DNA from: an uncultured Coriobacteriales bacterium
GTDB taxonomy: Bacteria; Actinomycetota; Coriobacteriia; Coriobacteriales; UMGS124
Assembly: GCA_903789505.1 (NCBI GenBank)
Contig: CAIFEU010000003.1
Location: 1 to 45,422, forward strand
Reading direction: 5' to 3'
DNA length: 45,422 nt
In this document: in pieces, positions 1-9,797 of the stretch
How positions within the stretch are numbered: position 1 is the first letter of the stretch
How the letters are laid out: each line of letters begins with the position of its first letter
Notes under the pieces: model-generated
What the model was told of the DNA's origin: nothing
Databases searched by the model: none
The model's input: the letters and a program-made list of their open reading frames with translations, nothing else
Position numbers and translations under genes: made by a program

Positions 1-21
1 AATAGCAACTCGCCAGAAACC

Positions 22-112
22 GGGGGGGGGGGGGGCGCCGCTGGGGGGCCGCCGGGGCAGGGGGGGCCGCTGGGGGGGGGGGCGCCCGGCTGGGGGCTGG
101 GTTCGCAGGGGG
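22..112. repeat. G-homopolymer-rich low-complexity tract (G14, G6, G4, G7, G11, G5, G3, G5 on + strand)
   Basis: Direct reading: G runs at 22-35, 43-48, 54-57, 60-66, 72-82, 92-96, 99-101, 108-112. The tract lies 3' of the purB stop and is C-rich on the purB sense strand. Confidence 0.9.
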
Positions 113-228
113 CGCCCCGCGACCGTGTCGCCGCGGGACGCCCGACGTGCCCGGACAGGCGCCGGCTCAGCCGCCGGCCTTGCGGGCGCCGGCCCTCATG
201 CAAGCCGACGCCCCCACGCCCGCGCCCG

Positions 229-1572
229 TCAGAACTCGAGGCCCTCCAGGCGGTCGAACACCACGTCGATGCGCGTCAGGAAGTCCCACGGGTCGAAGAT
301 CTCGTCGAGCTTCTCGGCGGGGATGGTGCAGTCGGGGTCCTCCTCCAGGCGCTCGCGCAGGCCCTTGCCCGGGCGCGCCTGCTGGATGTCGTCCCACACC
401 TCCATGGAGTTGCGCTGGACGATCTTGTAGGCGTCCTCGCGCGTGATGCCGGTATCGACCAGCGCGAGCAGCACCTTGCTCGAGAAGATCAGGCCGCGCG
501 TGCGGTTGAGGTTGGCCTCCATGTTCTTGGGGTAGAGCTTCATGCCGTCGAGGATCCACTCGAGCTTGGCGAGCATGTAGTCGAGGGCGATGAAGCTGTC
601 GGCCTGCGCCACGCGCTCCGCCGAGCTGTGCGAGATGTCGCGCTCGTGCCACAGGGCGACGTCGTCGAACGCCACCTGGGCGTTGGCCTTCACGATACGG
701 CTCATGCCGCAGATGCGCTCGGCAGTGATGGGGTTGCGCTTGTGCGGCATCGCGCTGGAGCCCTTCTGGCCCTTCTTGAACGGCTCCTCCGCCTCGAGCG
801 TGTCGGTCTTCTGCAGCGCGCGGACCTCGGTCGCGATCCGCTCGCAGGTCGCGGCGGTCGTGGCGAGCACGCCGGCGAGGTAGGCGTGGTGGTCGCGGCT
901 GATGACCTGCGTCGACAGCGGGTCGTGGTGCAGTCCCAGGTGCTCGCAGACGTACTCCTCGACGAACGGGTCGATGCTCGAGTAGCTGCCCACCGCGCCG
1001 GAGATCGCCCCGTACGACACGTTGTCGCGCGCGTCGAGCAGGCGGTCGTAGTCGCGCTTGAGCTCCCACGCCCAGCTGCCAAACTTCATGCCAAACGTCA
1101 TGGGCTCGGCGTGGATGCCGTGCGTGCGGCCGACGCACAGGGTGTTGCGCTCCTCGAACGCGCGGCGCTTGCAGATCTCGCCCACGCGCTTGACGTCCTC
1201 GATGATGATGTCGCACGCCTGGGTCAGGATGTAGCACAGCGCCGTGTCGCCCAGGTCGGAGCTGGTCATGCCGTAGTGGACCCAACGGCTTGGCTTGGGC
1301 TGCCCCTCGGGCACGTCGGCGTCGATGTAGCGGGCCATGTCGGTGAGGAAGGCGATGACGTCGTGGTTCGTGACCGCCTCGATTTCGTCGACCTCCTCCT
1401 TCTTGAAGTCGGCGTGGTCGCGGATCCAGGCCGCCTCCTCGCGCGTGATGCCGATCTTGCCCAGCTCGGCCTGCGCCTCGCACGCCAGGACCTCGATCTG
1501 CTTCCACACGTCGTACTTGTTTTCCAGGGAGAAGATATGGCCCATCTCGGGACGGGTATAGCGTTCGATCAT
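229..1572 (-). CDS. purB: adenylosuccinate lyase
   Basis: 447-aa ORF with full-length resemblance to PurB of the fumarate-lyase superfamily, including SSAMPHKRNP signature-loop-like motif GSSAMPHKRNP. TGA stop. Confidence 0.92.
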   Translation of the reverse strand: MIERYTRPEMGHIFSLENKYDVWKQIEVLACEAQAELGKIGITREEAAWIRDHADFKKEEVDEIEAVTNHDVIAFLTDMARYIDADVPEGQPKPSRWVHYGMTSSDLGDTALCYILTQACDIIIEDVKRVGEICKRRAFEERNTLCVGRTHGIHAEPMTFGMKFGSWAWELKRDYDRLLDARDNVSYGAISGAVGSYSSIDPFVEEYVCEHLGLHHDPLSTQVISRDHHAYLAGVLATTAATCERIATEVRALQKTDTLEAEEPFKKGQKGSSAMPHKRNPITAERICGMSRIVKANAQVAFDDVALWHERDISHSSAERVAQADSFIALDYMLAKLEWILDGMKLYPKNMEANLNRTRGLIFSSKVLLALVDTGITREDAYKIVQRNSMEVWDDIQQARPGKGLRERLEEDPDCTIPAEKLDEIFDPWDFLTRIDVVFDRLEGLEF

Positions 1573-1817
1573 GTTGGCGTCTCTTTCCTCGTAGCCCCTC
1601 GCGGCAGTTGCGGCATGTCGTCCCAGTCGACCCAGGTGGCAGGCCCGTCATCCCTTGTAGAGTCTACCGTGTCGTGTGGGCAATCTGTAGCGGAACGACG
1701 CGTTTTCGCACCCTGCCGTCAGGACACCCCTTCGCTGACCGCATGGCATCAGCCCGCGCGTGGCATCGGCCCGCACTGCGCCTCGATTGCCCGGCGATCA
1801 CACCCATGGGCCCGCAG

Positions 1818-2390
1818 TCATGCGGCCCCGTCCCCGCGAATGCCGCGAGCGAGGGTCTCCGCCTGTTCGTCGATGATGCCCATGAGTTGATTGACCGACT
1901 CCCTGCGCCCATGGCTCGCCCAGGTGAGCAGGATGCTCAGCGTGAACCCGGTGCGCACCGCCATGAAGAAGTCACCTCGGTCGCCCTCGGTTCTCGGAAG
2001 GGTACCGAAGCGCTCGCGCAGCTCCTCACCGACGCGCCGATGGCTCGCATAGACGATGTCTGCCCTGTTGTTGCGGACGAGCAGCTCGAGAATCTCCCCG
2101 TTCTCCATCCAGTACGAGAAGTACGTGCGAAGCAGCCTGCGCTCGTTGCGGAACTCCCTCGGCCCGAGGCCGCCGAGCGCGGCGCGAAACCCTTCGTCGC
2201 AGCGCCACGCGAGGACGTCGGACAGGTTATCGAAGCACCGGTAGAAGGTCGTCCTCGCGACCCTGCTGCGCCTCTGGACCTCGCTGACCGTCACCCGGTC
2301 GAATGACTCGAGGTCCAGGCACGCAATCAGACCGTCGTAAATCCTCTCCGCGGACCTGCGGCTTCGTCGGTCGTCGCTGATGTGGTACAT
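1818..2390 (-). CDS. TetR/AcrR-family transcriptional regulator
   Basis: 190 aa. The N-terminal HTH region (VTVSEVQRRSRVARTTFYRCFDNL) is typical of TetR_N. Divergent from a membrane-protein gene. Confidence 0.8.
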   Translation of the reverse strand: MYHISDDRRSRRSAERIYDGLIACLDLESFDRVTVSEVQRRSRVARTTFYRCFDNLSDVLAWRCDEGFRAALGGLGPREFRNERRLLRTYFSYWMENGEILELLVRNNRADIVYASHRRVGEELRERFGTLPRTEGDRGDFFMAVRTGFTLSILLTWASHGRRESVNQLMGIIDEQAETLARGIRGDGAA

Positions 2391-2418
2391 GTGGCACCCC
2401 CATCCCCGTCCGACGCCG

Positions 2419-2476
2419 TTTCGCTACGAGTTTGTAGTGTCCTGTAGCGCTACGTTTCGAAACGATTGTAGCGAAA
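2419..2476. promoter_or_regulatory. operator-like palindrome cluster in the TetR / membrane-protein divergent intergenic region
   Basis: TTTCGCTAC (2419-2427) is inverted to TGTAGCGAAA (2467-2476). Between them lie the perfect palindromes GTAGCGCTAC (2444-2453) and CGTTTCGAAACG (2453-2464). Confidence 0.55.
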
Positions 2477-2535
2477 TGCTCCTCGCAGTACAGATGGACA
2501 GACATAAGGTGTCCCGTTTGAGAGGAGCATGAGAG

Positions 2536-3246
2536 ATGTTCGAGGTGTGGCGGTGGTTTGTAGGGTGGGGGTGGCTGTACGCGATGGTCGCGATGAGCAT
2601 CACGCTCGTCGTCCAGATGGTCGTCGCCAAAGCAAGGGGAAGGGGCTGGGACGCCCTGAGGGTCTTGGGCGCCCTGACGGTCGTCGTGCTAACCCTGCAC
2701 GTCTGGGAGGAATGGGTAATCCCCGGGGGCTTCCACTACATCTACAACGCCGGTTCCGACGCCCTCCTACGCGACCGATACCCCATGAACGAGGTCACCG
2801 ACATGATCACGAACCTGGGCGGCGCACTCGTGTGGCTCGTACTGGTCGAACTTGACAGGTACGGGCGAAAGATGGGCTTCGCGGTGATGCTGTTCGGATA
2901 CTTTGAGTTCGCGGTGCACAACCTGCTCGCATATGAATCGATGACCATGCTGTATGAGGCCGACGTCTATTCGGGGTTCTATGCTCCCGGCCTGTTCACT
3001 GCCGTCGCTTGCTGGCTACCGCTGTCTGCCGCCCACACCGCGTGGTTCGCCAAGAATGGCGTCGGATGGAAGGACGCCGTGGGAGGTGTCGTGATCCTCG
3101 TGGTGCTGAGTCAGCTTCTGGTGACCGCCCCGGAGAGTCTCATCAAGAGCGAGGACAATCCCTACGCGTTCCCCAACGCCGGCTGGTACGAGCGGTTCAT
3201 CGACCCCGCGACGCAGGAGATTACGACCGAGGTAGAACGGGGGTAG
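2536..3246 (+). CDS. HXXEE-domain integral membrane protein
   Basis: 236 aa with multiple hydrophobic helices and the motif LHVWEEW (H-x-x-E-E). RBS GAGAGGAG upstream. TAG stop. Confidence 0.7.
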   Translation: MFEVWRWFVGWGWLYAMVAMSITLVVQMVVAKARGRGWDALRVLGALTVVVLTLHVWEEWVIPGGFHYIYNAGSDALLRDRYPMNEVTDMITNLGGALVWLVLVELDRYGRKMGFAVMLFGYFEFAVHNLLAYESMTMLYEADVYSGFYAPGLFTAVACWLPLSAAHTAWFAKNGVGWKDAVGGVVILVVLSQLLVTAPESLIKSEDNPYAFPNAGWYERFIDPATQEITTEVERG

Positions 3247-3439
3247 GGGAGCCGTGGGCTCTCCCCGCCCTCAACGGCCCCGTGCCCCCGCCGTGCCCTC
3301 GCCCACCCCACGCCTGCGCGCCGCGTTCGCGCACCCCGCGCGAGCGCCCGGGCACCTCAAACGCCGAGCGGCCCCGCCAGCGCAATCGCACCGGCGAGGC
3401 CGCTCGTCCCTGCCCCGTGATTCTCGAACCTGTGCCTGC

Positions 3440-5302
3440 CTACCCCTGCTGCGCGGCGGCAGCGGCGGCGGACTGACGGCGCACGAAGTCCTTCTTGCGG
3501 TCGGTGGCCGAGAGCAGGCGCTTGCGCATGCGGATGTGCTTGGGCGTAATCTCGACCAGCTCGTCGTCGGCGATGTACTCCATTGCCTCCTCGAGGGTGA
3601 AGGTGCGCGGCGGGGTCAGCTGGACCGCGATGTCGGCGGTGGAGGAGCGCTGGTTGCCCAGGTTCTTGGTGCGCGCGACGTTGACGACCATGTCCCCCTC
3701 GCGCTGGCGCTCGCCCACGATCATGCCCTCGTAGCACTCGTCACCGGGGCCGACGAACAGCGTGCCGCGCTCCTGCAGCGTGCCCAGGGCGTACGCCACC
3801 GCCTTGTCGGTCGACATCGAGATCATCAGGCCGTTCTTGCGCGCGTTGATCTCGCCGGCGTAGGGGCCGTACTCCAGGAAGTTGTGGTACATCATGGCCT
3901 CGCCGTGGCTCACGTTGAGCACGCGGGTCTTCAGGCCCATCAGGCCGCGCGTCGGGATCTTGAACTTGACCTGGGCGCGGTCGTCGTAGGTCTCCATGTT
4001 CGTCATCAGGCCATCGACGTTGCCGAACAGCTCGATGACCTTGCCGGCGTACTCGGACGGCGTCTCGACGACGGCCTCCTCGTACGGCTCGAGCTTCTCG
4101 CCGTTGTCGCCCCGCTTGTAGATGACGTGCGGACGGCCGACCTGGAACTCGAAGCCCTCGCGGCGCATGGTCTCCATCAGGACGGTCAGGTGGAGCACGC
4201 CGCGACCCGACACCACGACGCCGGAGTGGTCCTCGGTCTCGTGGATCTCCATCGTGATGTTGGATTCCTTCTCCTGCATCAGGCGCTCCTTGAGCTGGCG
4301 GGCGCCCACGATGTCCTTCTGGTCCTCGCGGCCGACCAGCGGCGAGGTCGAAGCCTCGAACACGACCGACAGGGTCGGCGGGTCGACGATGATCGGGTCA
4401 AGGTGCTGCGGGTCGTCGGGCGAGGTGTAGACGTCGCCGATGTCGGTGCCCTCCACGCCCACCACGGCGCAGATGTCGCCGGCGACGGCCTGGTCGCACT
4501 CCTTGCGGCCCAGGTAGTCGAACGTGTACAGCTGGCGGACGGTCGAGGTGGACAGGTCGCCGTTGTTCTTGATGACAGCGATCGTGTCACCGGTGTGGAT
4601 GGTGCCGGAGTAGATGCGGCCGACGCCGATGCGCCCGACGAACGTGGAGTGGTCGACGTTGACGACCTGCATCGCGAGCGGGGCGTCGGGCTCGACGTCG
4701 GGCGCGGGCATCTCGTCGACGATCATGTCGAGCAGCGGGTACATGTCCATGTTGCCGTCGGAGGGGTCCAGGCGCGCGTAGCCGTTCATCGCCGAGGCGT
4801 ACACGACGTGGCCCATCGTGAACTCGAGCTGCTCGTCGGTGGCGCCCAGGTCGCACATCAGGTCGAAGACGTCGTTGACGACCTCCTCCGGGCGCGCGCC
4901 CGGGCGGTCGATCTTGTTCACGACCAGCATGATCGCAAGTGACGCCTCGATCGCGTGCTGCAGGACGAAGCGCGTCTGGGGCATCGGGCCCTCGAACGCG
5001 TCAACCAGCAGCAGCGCGCCGTCGGCCATGCGCAGAACGCGCTCGACCTCGCCGCCGAAGTCCGCGTGGCCGGGGGTGTCGATGACGTTGATCTTGATGC
5101 CCTTGTACTCGATCGAGATGTTCTTGGCGAGGATCGTGATGCCGCGCTCGCGCTCCTGGTCGTTGGAGTCGAGGATGCGGTCCTGCACCTCCTGGTTGTC
5201 GCGGAACGCATCGGTCGCCCTCAGGAGCTTGTCGCACAGCGTGGTCTTGCCGTGGTCAACGTGAGCGATGATGGCGATGTTGCGAATTGAGTCCTGACGC
5301 AT
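3440..5302 (-). CDS. typA: translational GTPase TypA/BipA
   Basis: G1 motif AHVDHGKTT, DTPGHADF and NKID motifs, with BipA-like domains throughout. Start moved to the internal ATG (MRQDSIRNIAII) at 5302, rather than the 5383 start in the ORF track. TAG stop. Confidence 0.9.
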   Translation of the reverse strand: MRQDSIRNIAIIAHVDHGKTTLCDKLLRATDAFRDNQEVQDRILDSNDQERERGITILAKNISIEYKGIKINVIDTPGHADFGGEVERVLRMADGALLLVDAFEGPMPQTRFVLQHAIEASLAIMLVVNKIDRPGARPEEVVNDVFDLMCDLGATDEQLEFTMGHVVYASAMNGYARLDPSDGNMDMYPLLDMIVDEMPAPDVEPDAPLAMQVVNVDHSTFVGRIGVGRIYSGTIHTGDTIAVIKNNGDLSTSTVRQLYTFDYLGRKECDQAVAGDICAVVGVEGTDIGDVYTSPDDPQHLDPIIVDPPTLSVVFEASTSPLVGREDQKDIVGARQLKERLMQEKESNITMEIHETEDHSGVVVSGRGVLHLTVLMETMRREGFEFQVGRPHVIYKRGDNGEKLEPYEEAVVETPSEYAGKVIELFGNVDGLMTNMETYDDRAQVKFKIPTRGLMGLKTRVLNVSHGEAMMYHNFLEYGPYAGEINARKNGLMISMSTDKAVAYALGTLQERGTLFVGPGDECYEGMIVGERQREGDMVVNVARTKNLGNQRSSTADIAVQLTPPRTFTLEEAMEYIADDELVEITPKHIRMRKRLLSATDRKKDFVRRQSAAAAAAQQG

Positions 5303-5429
5303 TCGAGCTGTACCTTTCAACGGTTTTGGCGCACCTGCGCGGGCCACGGACGTGTCTTCCGCGCGGCGCCGTGATACGGCCATGTGTTAGAGGATGGGTG
5401 ATTTTGAGCGTAGCGCCATGTTACGACCG

Positions 5430-5924
5430 CTAGACGAGCAGTTCCATCTGACCGGCCGCGGCGGGGTCCGTCCACACAAAATCTTTTGGGTGACCTGCCT
5501 TTTTGTAGAGAAGATATGCCGAGTACGCACTCGACAGCCCCTGCTCGCCGTACTCGACGATCAGGGCGTTCTTGTACGGCTGGCCCTCCTCCTCGCGGAT
5601 GGCCCCGTCGTAGGCGATCGCGTAGCGGACCGGCCGTCCCGAGAGGCCCTCGACCCTGCCGCTCTTGTGCGCGGCGCGGCGCAGGGTGTCGCGCGCCTCC
5701 CTCACGCACTCATCGACCATGTCGTCGTCGAACGAGAGCATCGCGCGGTTGCCCGACGCGTCCTCCATCGCGAGGACCGTGGTGAACCTGCCCGTCTGCC
5801 CCAAGCTCTCCAGGCCCTGGTCGACCATCTCGTTGGCGAGGTCCTCGAGCGCGCGCGAGATGGGCTCGACGTCGTCGGCGGGCTTGCCGTTGCCGGACGC
5901 GCGCCTGTTGTTACTGCCGCTCAT
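5430..5924 (-). CDS. hypothetical cytoplasmic protein (164 aa)
   Basis: Codon usage looks coding. Start chosen at MSGSNN, which is preceded by GGGAAGGAAG. It overlaps the upstream gene's stop by 14 nt. I recognise no family. Confidence 0.55.
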   Translation of the reverse strand: MSGSNNRRASGNGKPADDVEPISRALEDLANEMVDQGLESLGQTGRFTTVLAMEDASGNRAMLSFDDDMVDECVREARDTLRRAAHKSGRVEGLSGRPVRYAIAYDGAIREEEGQPYKNALIVEYGEQGLSSAYSAYLLYKKAGHPKDFVWTDPAAAGQMELLV

Positions 5925-6774
5925 CTGAGTCTTCCTTCCCATCTGCGACCGCGCCCGCGCGCGTCGCGCCCGTGATGTCCTCGTGCCCGGCGCCGCTGCC
6001 CTTAGCCTTGGCGATCGCCGTCCGCTTCCCTCGCGAGGCCCCGTCGGCTCCCCTTGCCTCTCCTCGTCGCCTTCGGCGTTCGCGCACCTTGGCGGCAAGC
6101 CTCGAGAACGCCGCGCGCACCCTCCCCCAGAAGCGCGTGAACGCGTTGCCCTCCACGCGCTGCTCCGGCGGGACGTAGTCGGGGTCGTCGATGCCGAGCT
6201 TCTCCTTGAGGGCGTGCACGCGGTCGTCGATGTCGGTGACGTGCGCCTTCACGATCTTCGACCACTTCTGGGCATCGGTGAGCACGACCGACGCGAAGAT
6301 GATGATTGCCAGCAGCACGCCCTCCACGACGAAGCGCGGGGTGGCGCGCAGGAACCGGATCGTGATGAAGCTGACGACGACACAGAGCACCAGCGCGACG
6401 ATGCAGCTGCGGATCTTGCTCAGCTCGTTCTCGCGCATCGAGAGCAGGCGGCCGCGCAGCAGGTCGAAGCCGCTCAGCCGCGCCCAGGCATCATCGGCGG
6501 CCGACACCTTGAGCTTCTCCGTCTTGACCTTCTTGCGGAATACCCTGTCGACCATCCCGTCGTTGCCATCGGCGTCGATGCCGTTGGCAAGCAGGAAGTC
6601 CCGAGCGTCGAGCGAGTATGCCTTGAAGTTGTCGACAAGGGTCGTGACCTTGCCCTCGTCCTCGAACGACTGCGACGATATCGCCTTGTCGATCCCGTAA
6701 TAGGCGAGGCGGACGTCCTGCTCGTTGGCAGTCTCGTCCAGGTCAAGGGCGCGCAGAGCCTCGTACTTGTTCAA
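5911..6774 (-). CDS. hypothetical two-TM membrane protein with a J-domain-like N-terminus lacking HPD
   Basis: Two hydrophobic helices (CIVALVLCVVVSFITIRFL and VVEGVLLAIIIFASVVLT). Likely TTG start at 6774 preceded by GGGAG. N-terminus reads NKYEALRALDLDETANEQDVRLAYYG. Basic C-terminal tail. Confidence 0.55.
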   Translation of the reverse strand: MNKYEALRALDLDETANEQDVRLAYYGIDKAISSQSFEDEGKVTTLVDNFKAYSLDARDFLLANGIDADGNDGMVDRVFRKKVKTEKLKVSAADDAWARLSGFDLLRGRLLSMRENELSKIRSCIVALVLCVVVSFITIRFLRATPRFVVEGVLLAIIIFASVVLTDAQKWSKIVKAHVTDIDDRVHALKEKLGIDDPDYVPPEQRVEGNAFTRFWGRVRAAFSRLAAKVRERRRRRGEARGADGASRGKRTAIAKAKGSGAGHEDITGATRAGAVADGKEDSDERQ

Positions 6775-7076
6775 TCTTGGTCTCCCTGCCTCGCTCGTCC
6801 GCTGACGCCGTGACGGGCTCGTCCTAACGTTGGAATCATCGTCGCATCTCTCGTGAGCGAAACCGCATAGGTTAGCCCACATCGCCATGTGCGATTCTAT
6901 CGCACGCGTTAGGACAAAGGATGGTCGGTCATCGTGACCTGAAGCGGAAGCGGGACTTCCGATGATGCCACGGCGTCTGCTCTGCACCATCCCCCATAGC
7001 AGGACCGCACGCCCATATATTATCGATGGACATGCGGTCTTTCTTTAGTGGTATTCTATTATAAAAAATAATATTT

Positions 7077-8354
7077 TTAATTATTCTCTATATCATTAGC
7101 AATTTCTTTACCAATGAGATGAGGAATGCCAACTACGAGTGCGTTGCCCATGCAGAAGGCGCGTTGTGAATCGGTCATTCCCGTATCTGTCCACCCTGCG
7201 GGAAATCCCTGAAGGCTGTCGAGCTCGTCGGGAACGAGGCGCCTCAGGCGACCGTCATCACACCTCACCACGTGCTTGAAGCGCGAGGGACCCGAACCTC
7301 CTTCACCGGTGAGAATCGTCCGAGAGGGTTTGTCAGTCGAATCGGGAAACGACATCGACCCTTCTGAATACCGATAGGCGAATCCGGTCGACTTGTTAAC
7401 GCGCTCCTCGCTTTTGGCGCCCTTGAGATACTCCCAGCGGCCCACCTGGTCTTCAGGCACGAAGTACTCCTGCGGCACGTCGTCCTCAGGAACGAGAACG
7501 TCACCGAGGTTTCTGCGAGGCCCATGGTATGCCTCCTCAATCCGGCATGTCAGCGCGGAGTTCCCCACCATGACGCCCGCCTCCATGAAGGGAGACACCT
7601 TTCCGCCACGATTGAAGGATTCGGAAGCGTCATACGGGTCGGTCGGAATCTGCACCGTCATAACCTCTTGTGGCACCTCGATTGGAAGGGCCCGCGCCAT
7701 CACACCATGGCACAGCCTCTCTCGTGCGTCCCAGCTGACATTGCGCTCCGCAAAGATGTACGTGCGCTTCCTGCGCTGCGGAAAGCCATATTCAGCACTG
7801 TTGACCACGCGCCATTCGACCGAGTAGCCCAGCGAAGCCAGGCAAGAGAGAATGATTGCGAAGTCCCGCCCCCGCTGCTTTGCCGGGGACTTCAGAAGCC
7901 TGTCCACGTTCTCGAACAGACACCATCTGACGTTGTCCTGCGATTTATCGAGTTGGATTCGGAGGAATCGATAGATGTCCCACCACAGGACGCCCTTCTT
8001 CCCCTCGATTCCCGCCGCTTGAGACAAAGGGCGCGCCACCGAGTAGTCCTGGCAGGGGAATCCACCGACGACCATGTCGACCGATGGGATGTCGCGCTTC
8101 CCCGCGTCGTATTCGTCCAGCACGAGGTCAATGTCCTCGTTGACAACCGAGTCATCCCCAAAGCGCATTTTGTAGCACCTTGCCGCGAACTGCCTTCTGT
8201 CGCTTCCCGGCTCCCATTGGTTCGCCCAAATCGTTTCGAACGGTCCGGCGGCGGGCAGCCTCCATCCCCTGTCCGCGTCGACGTAACCGTCAAGGCCCAG
8301 ACGAAAGCCCCCGACGCCCGCAAAGAGCTCGGCCACTGTAATCCTGTTGTCCAC
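7077..8354 (-). CDS. DNA (cytosine-5)-methyltransferase
   Basis: Canonical C5-MTase motifs: I ELFAGVGGF, IV GFPCQDYS, VI FENV, VIII QRRKR, X GNALVV. GTG start with a GGAG RBS. Lower GC than neighbouring genes. Confidence 0.92.
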   Translation of the reverse strand: MDNRITVAELFAGVGGFRLGLDGYVDADRGWRLPAAGPFETIWANQWEPGSDRRQFAARCYKMRFGDDSVVNEDIDLVLDEYDAGKRDIPSVDMVVGGFPCQDYSVARPLSQAAGIEGKKGVLWWDIYRFLRIQLDKSQDNVRWCLFENVDRLLKSPAKQRGRDFAIILSCLASLGYSVEWRVVNSAEYGFPQRRKRTYIFAERNVSWDARERLCHGVMARALPIEVPQEVMTVQIPTDPYDASESFNRGGKVSPFMEAGVMVGNSALTCRIEEAYHGPRRNLGDVLVPEDDVPQEYFVPEDQVGRWEYLKGAKSEERVNKSTGFAYRYSEGSMSFPDSTDKPSRTILTGEGGSGPSRFKHVVRCDDGRLRRLVPDELDSLQGFPAGWTDTGMTDSQRAFCMGNALVVGIPHLIGKEIANDIENN

Positions 8355-8435
8355 GTTTCTCCAATCGCTGACTGTGGACCAGTTCAGCCAGTAATAGTAG
8401 CCAAATCCTATTGAATGATCAATACTGTTGTTGAA

Positions 8436-9797
8436 CTACATTTTTGAATCATTTTCTTTCAATATTCTCTCTATCTCATCCTGTAAATAACTTTGATTGA
8501 GCCAGAAGCACTTCTTGGTCACTGGCATGCCGTGTGGCTGGGGGAGGACGTCGGCAGAGTCCCTGCCATGAGGCCGCACATGGCAGCAGCGATTTTCGCT
8601 CGATTTGACGGAAACGTCCGCCCTGCCGAGCTCGACGTTTCTGCGCATCTGGTCGTAACAGCGCTTGGCCTCGGGGATGTCCCGCTCGGGCATCTGCCAA
8701 AAGCAGAGGTCGGAGAGGCGGTAGAAGCCCCACTCATCTTCACGGTAGATGACGAAGAGCCAGAGCTGCTGAAGGTTTCCGTAGAAGTCCGATTGTTCGA
8801 ACGGCGTCGATTCGAGCTTAAAATAGTCAAATGCCGGGAAGGACACGGCCTCCTTCGGTCGGCCGGTTCTCTTGAGGCGTATCGTTTTAGTCTTCGCCCC
8901 CGCCTTGACGAACTCCTCTATGTCCGCGTCGTCGTCAACGCCGAGAATCCTCCTCGTTACCAGCGCAGCGGCATTCTTCGGGAGGCGCCTCCCGGACACG
9001 GCAACACCAAACCTCTCGCATAGCTGACCCAAAGTCATTCCAAAGAACGGCTGGAATCTCTTCCGCAGCAACGAGAGGAGGTCAAGTTCTCTTTCGTCTT
9101 CACTGCGTTCAATTTTCTGACTGCCGCTCAGCAGCTTGTTCTCTATTACCGTCATATATGACGCCTTGATTGCCCAGGCTCGGGGCTTGGCAGGGACGTC
9201 GGAATACGGCTGCGAACGTCTTACGGAGGAGTTTGCGGCCTTCGTGCATGCCTCGAGGTAGAGTGTGTCGGAACCGGAGATGTCCTCCGCGTGACCCGCC
9301 CTGACCTTGTTTACTATCTTTTCCCAGTCGGCCTTGAACTGGGCGCGGTCCTCTTCGCTGGGGTCCCATTCCTCAGCGAACAGAACTTCATAATCGATTG
9401 GGTTTAGATTCTCTTCCCACAGATACACGATGAGCAGAATCGAGGAAGCCTTCTTCATGAAATGGCTCGTCTCGAAGCTCTCCTTCACGACCTTGTTGTA
9501 ATCGATCATCGTGATTACGAGTCGCTCTTTTGCGACAAGTGACCCTTTGGGATTCCTCTTCATGGGAGTTGTTTTTAGCTCAAGACCTGCTTCAGAAAAA
9601 TCAGGCTCTTGGTTGCTGTTTATGTCATACTTGAAATAATATTCTTCAATGGCATTTCCGAATGACCCTCGCCTTACCTTTGGGTCATCGATTTGCTCGA
9701 TGTGCACTTTTTCTCTCAGCGTATGGCCCACAAGAAATTTGGCGTAATGGATGATGGACTCTCTCGAAGTGATGTCGTAGGGAGGTTCGTTCGCCAT
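8436..9797 (-). CDS. type II restriction endonuclease, MutH/Sau3AI family (probable GATC specificity)
   Basis: 453 aa. N-terminal D...E-x-K catalytic signature PDFSEAGLELKT, as in MutH/Sau3AI. Further segments (PIDYE..., QPYSD..KP..A, CHVRPH near the C-terminus) match my recollection of Sau3AI. Sits immediately upstream of the C5-MTase. Confidence 0.7.
   Translation of the reverse strand: MANEPPYDITSRESIIHYAKFLVGHTLREKVHIEQIDDPKVRRGSFGNAIEEYYFKYDINSNQEPDFSEAGLELKTTPMKRNPKGSLVAKERLVITMIDYNKVVKESFETSHFMKKASSILLIVYLWEENLNPIDYEVLFAEEWDPSEEDRAQFKADWEKIVNKVRAGHAEDISGSDTLYLEACTKAANSSVRRSQPYSDVPAKPRAWAIKASYMTVIENKLLSGSQKIERSEDERELDLLSLLRKRFQPFFGMTLGQLCERFGVAVSGRRLPKNAAALVTRRILGVDDDADIEEFVKAGAKTKTIRLKRTGRPKEAVSFPAFDYFKLESTPFEQSDFYGNLQQLWLFVIYREDEWGFYRLSDLCFWQMPERDIPEAKRCYDQMRRNVELGRADVSVKSSENRCCHVRPHGRDSADVLPQPHGMPVTKKCFWLNQSYLQDEIERILKENDSKM

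Noticed and set aside
1573-1700. Purine or ZTP-type riboswitch in the purB leader
   Set aside because: A GGGTCGACTGGGACG segment vaguely recalls the ZTP (pfl) motif. I could not find the matching CCGCCTGGGC-type pseudoknot partner or a consistent fold. An Infernal scan would be needed, so it is not reported as a feature.
628-1890. Long ORFs antisense to, or out of frame with, real genes. Examples: 628-1890, 3254-4942, 15662-18829, 18856-20805, 25052-26233, 38700-42059, 42406-44277, 44138-44866.
   Set aside because: These are typical stop-codon-poor shadow frames of GC-rich coding DNA. Their translations are Arg/Ala/Gly/Pro-rich low-complexity sequence with no motifs, while the opposite or alternative frame encodes a clearly recognisable protein.
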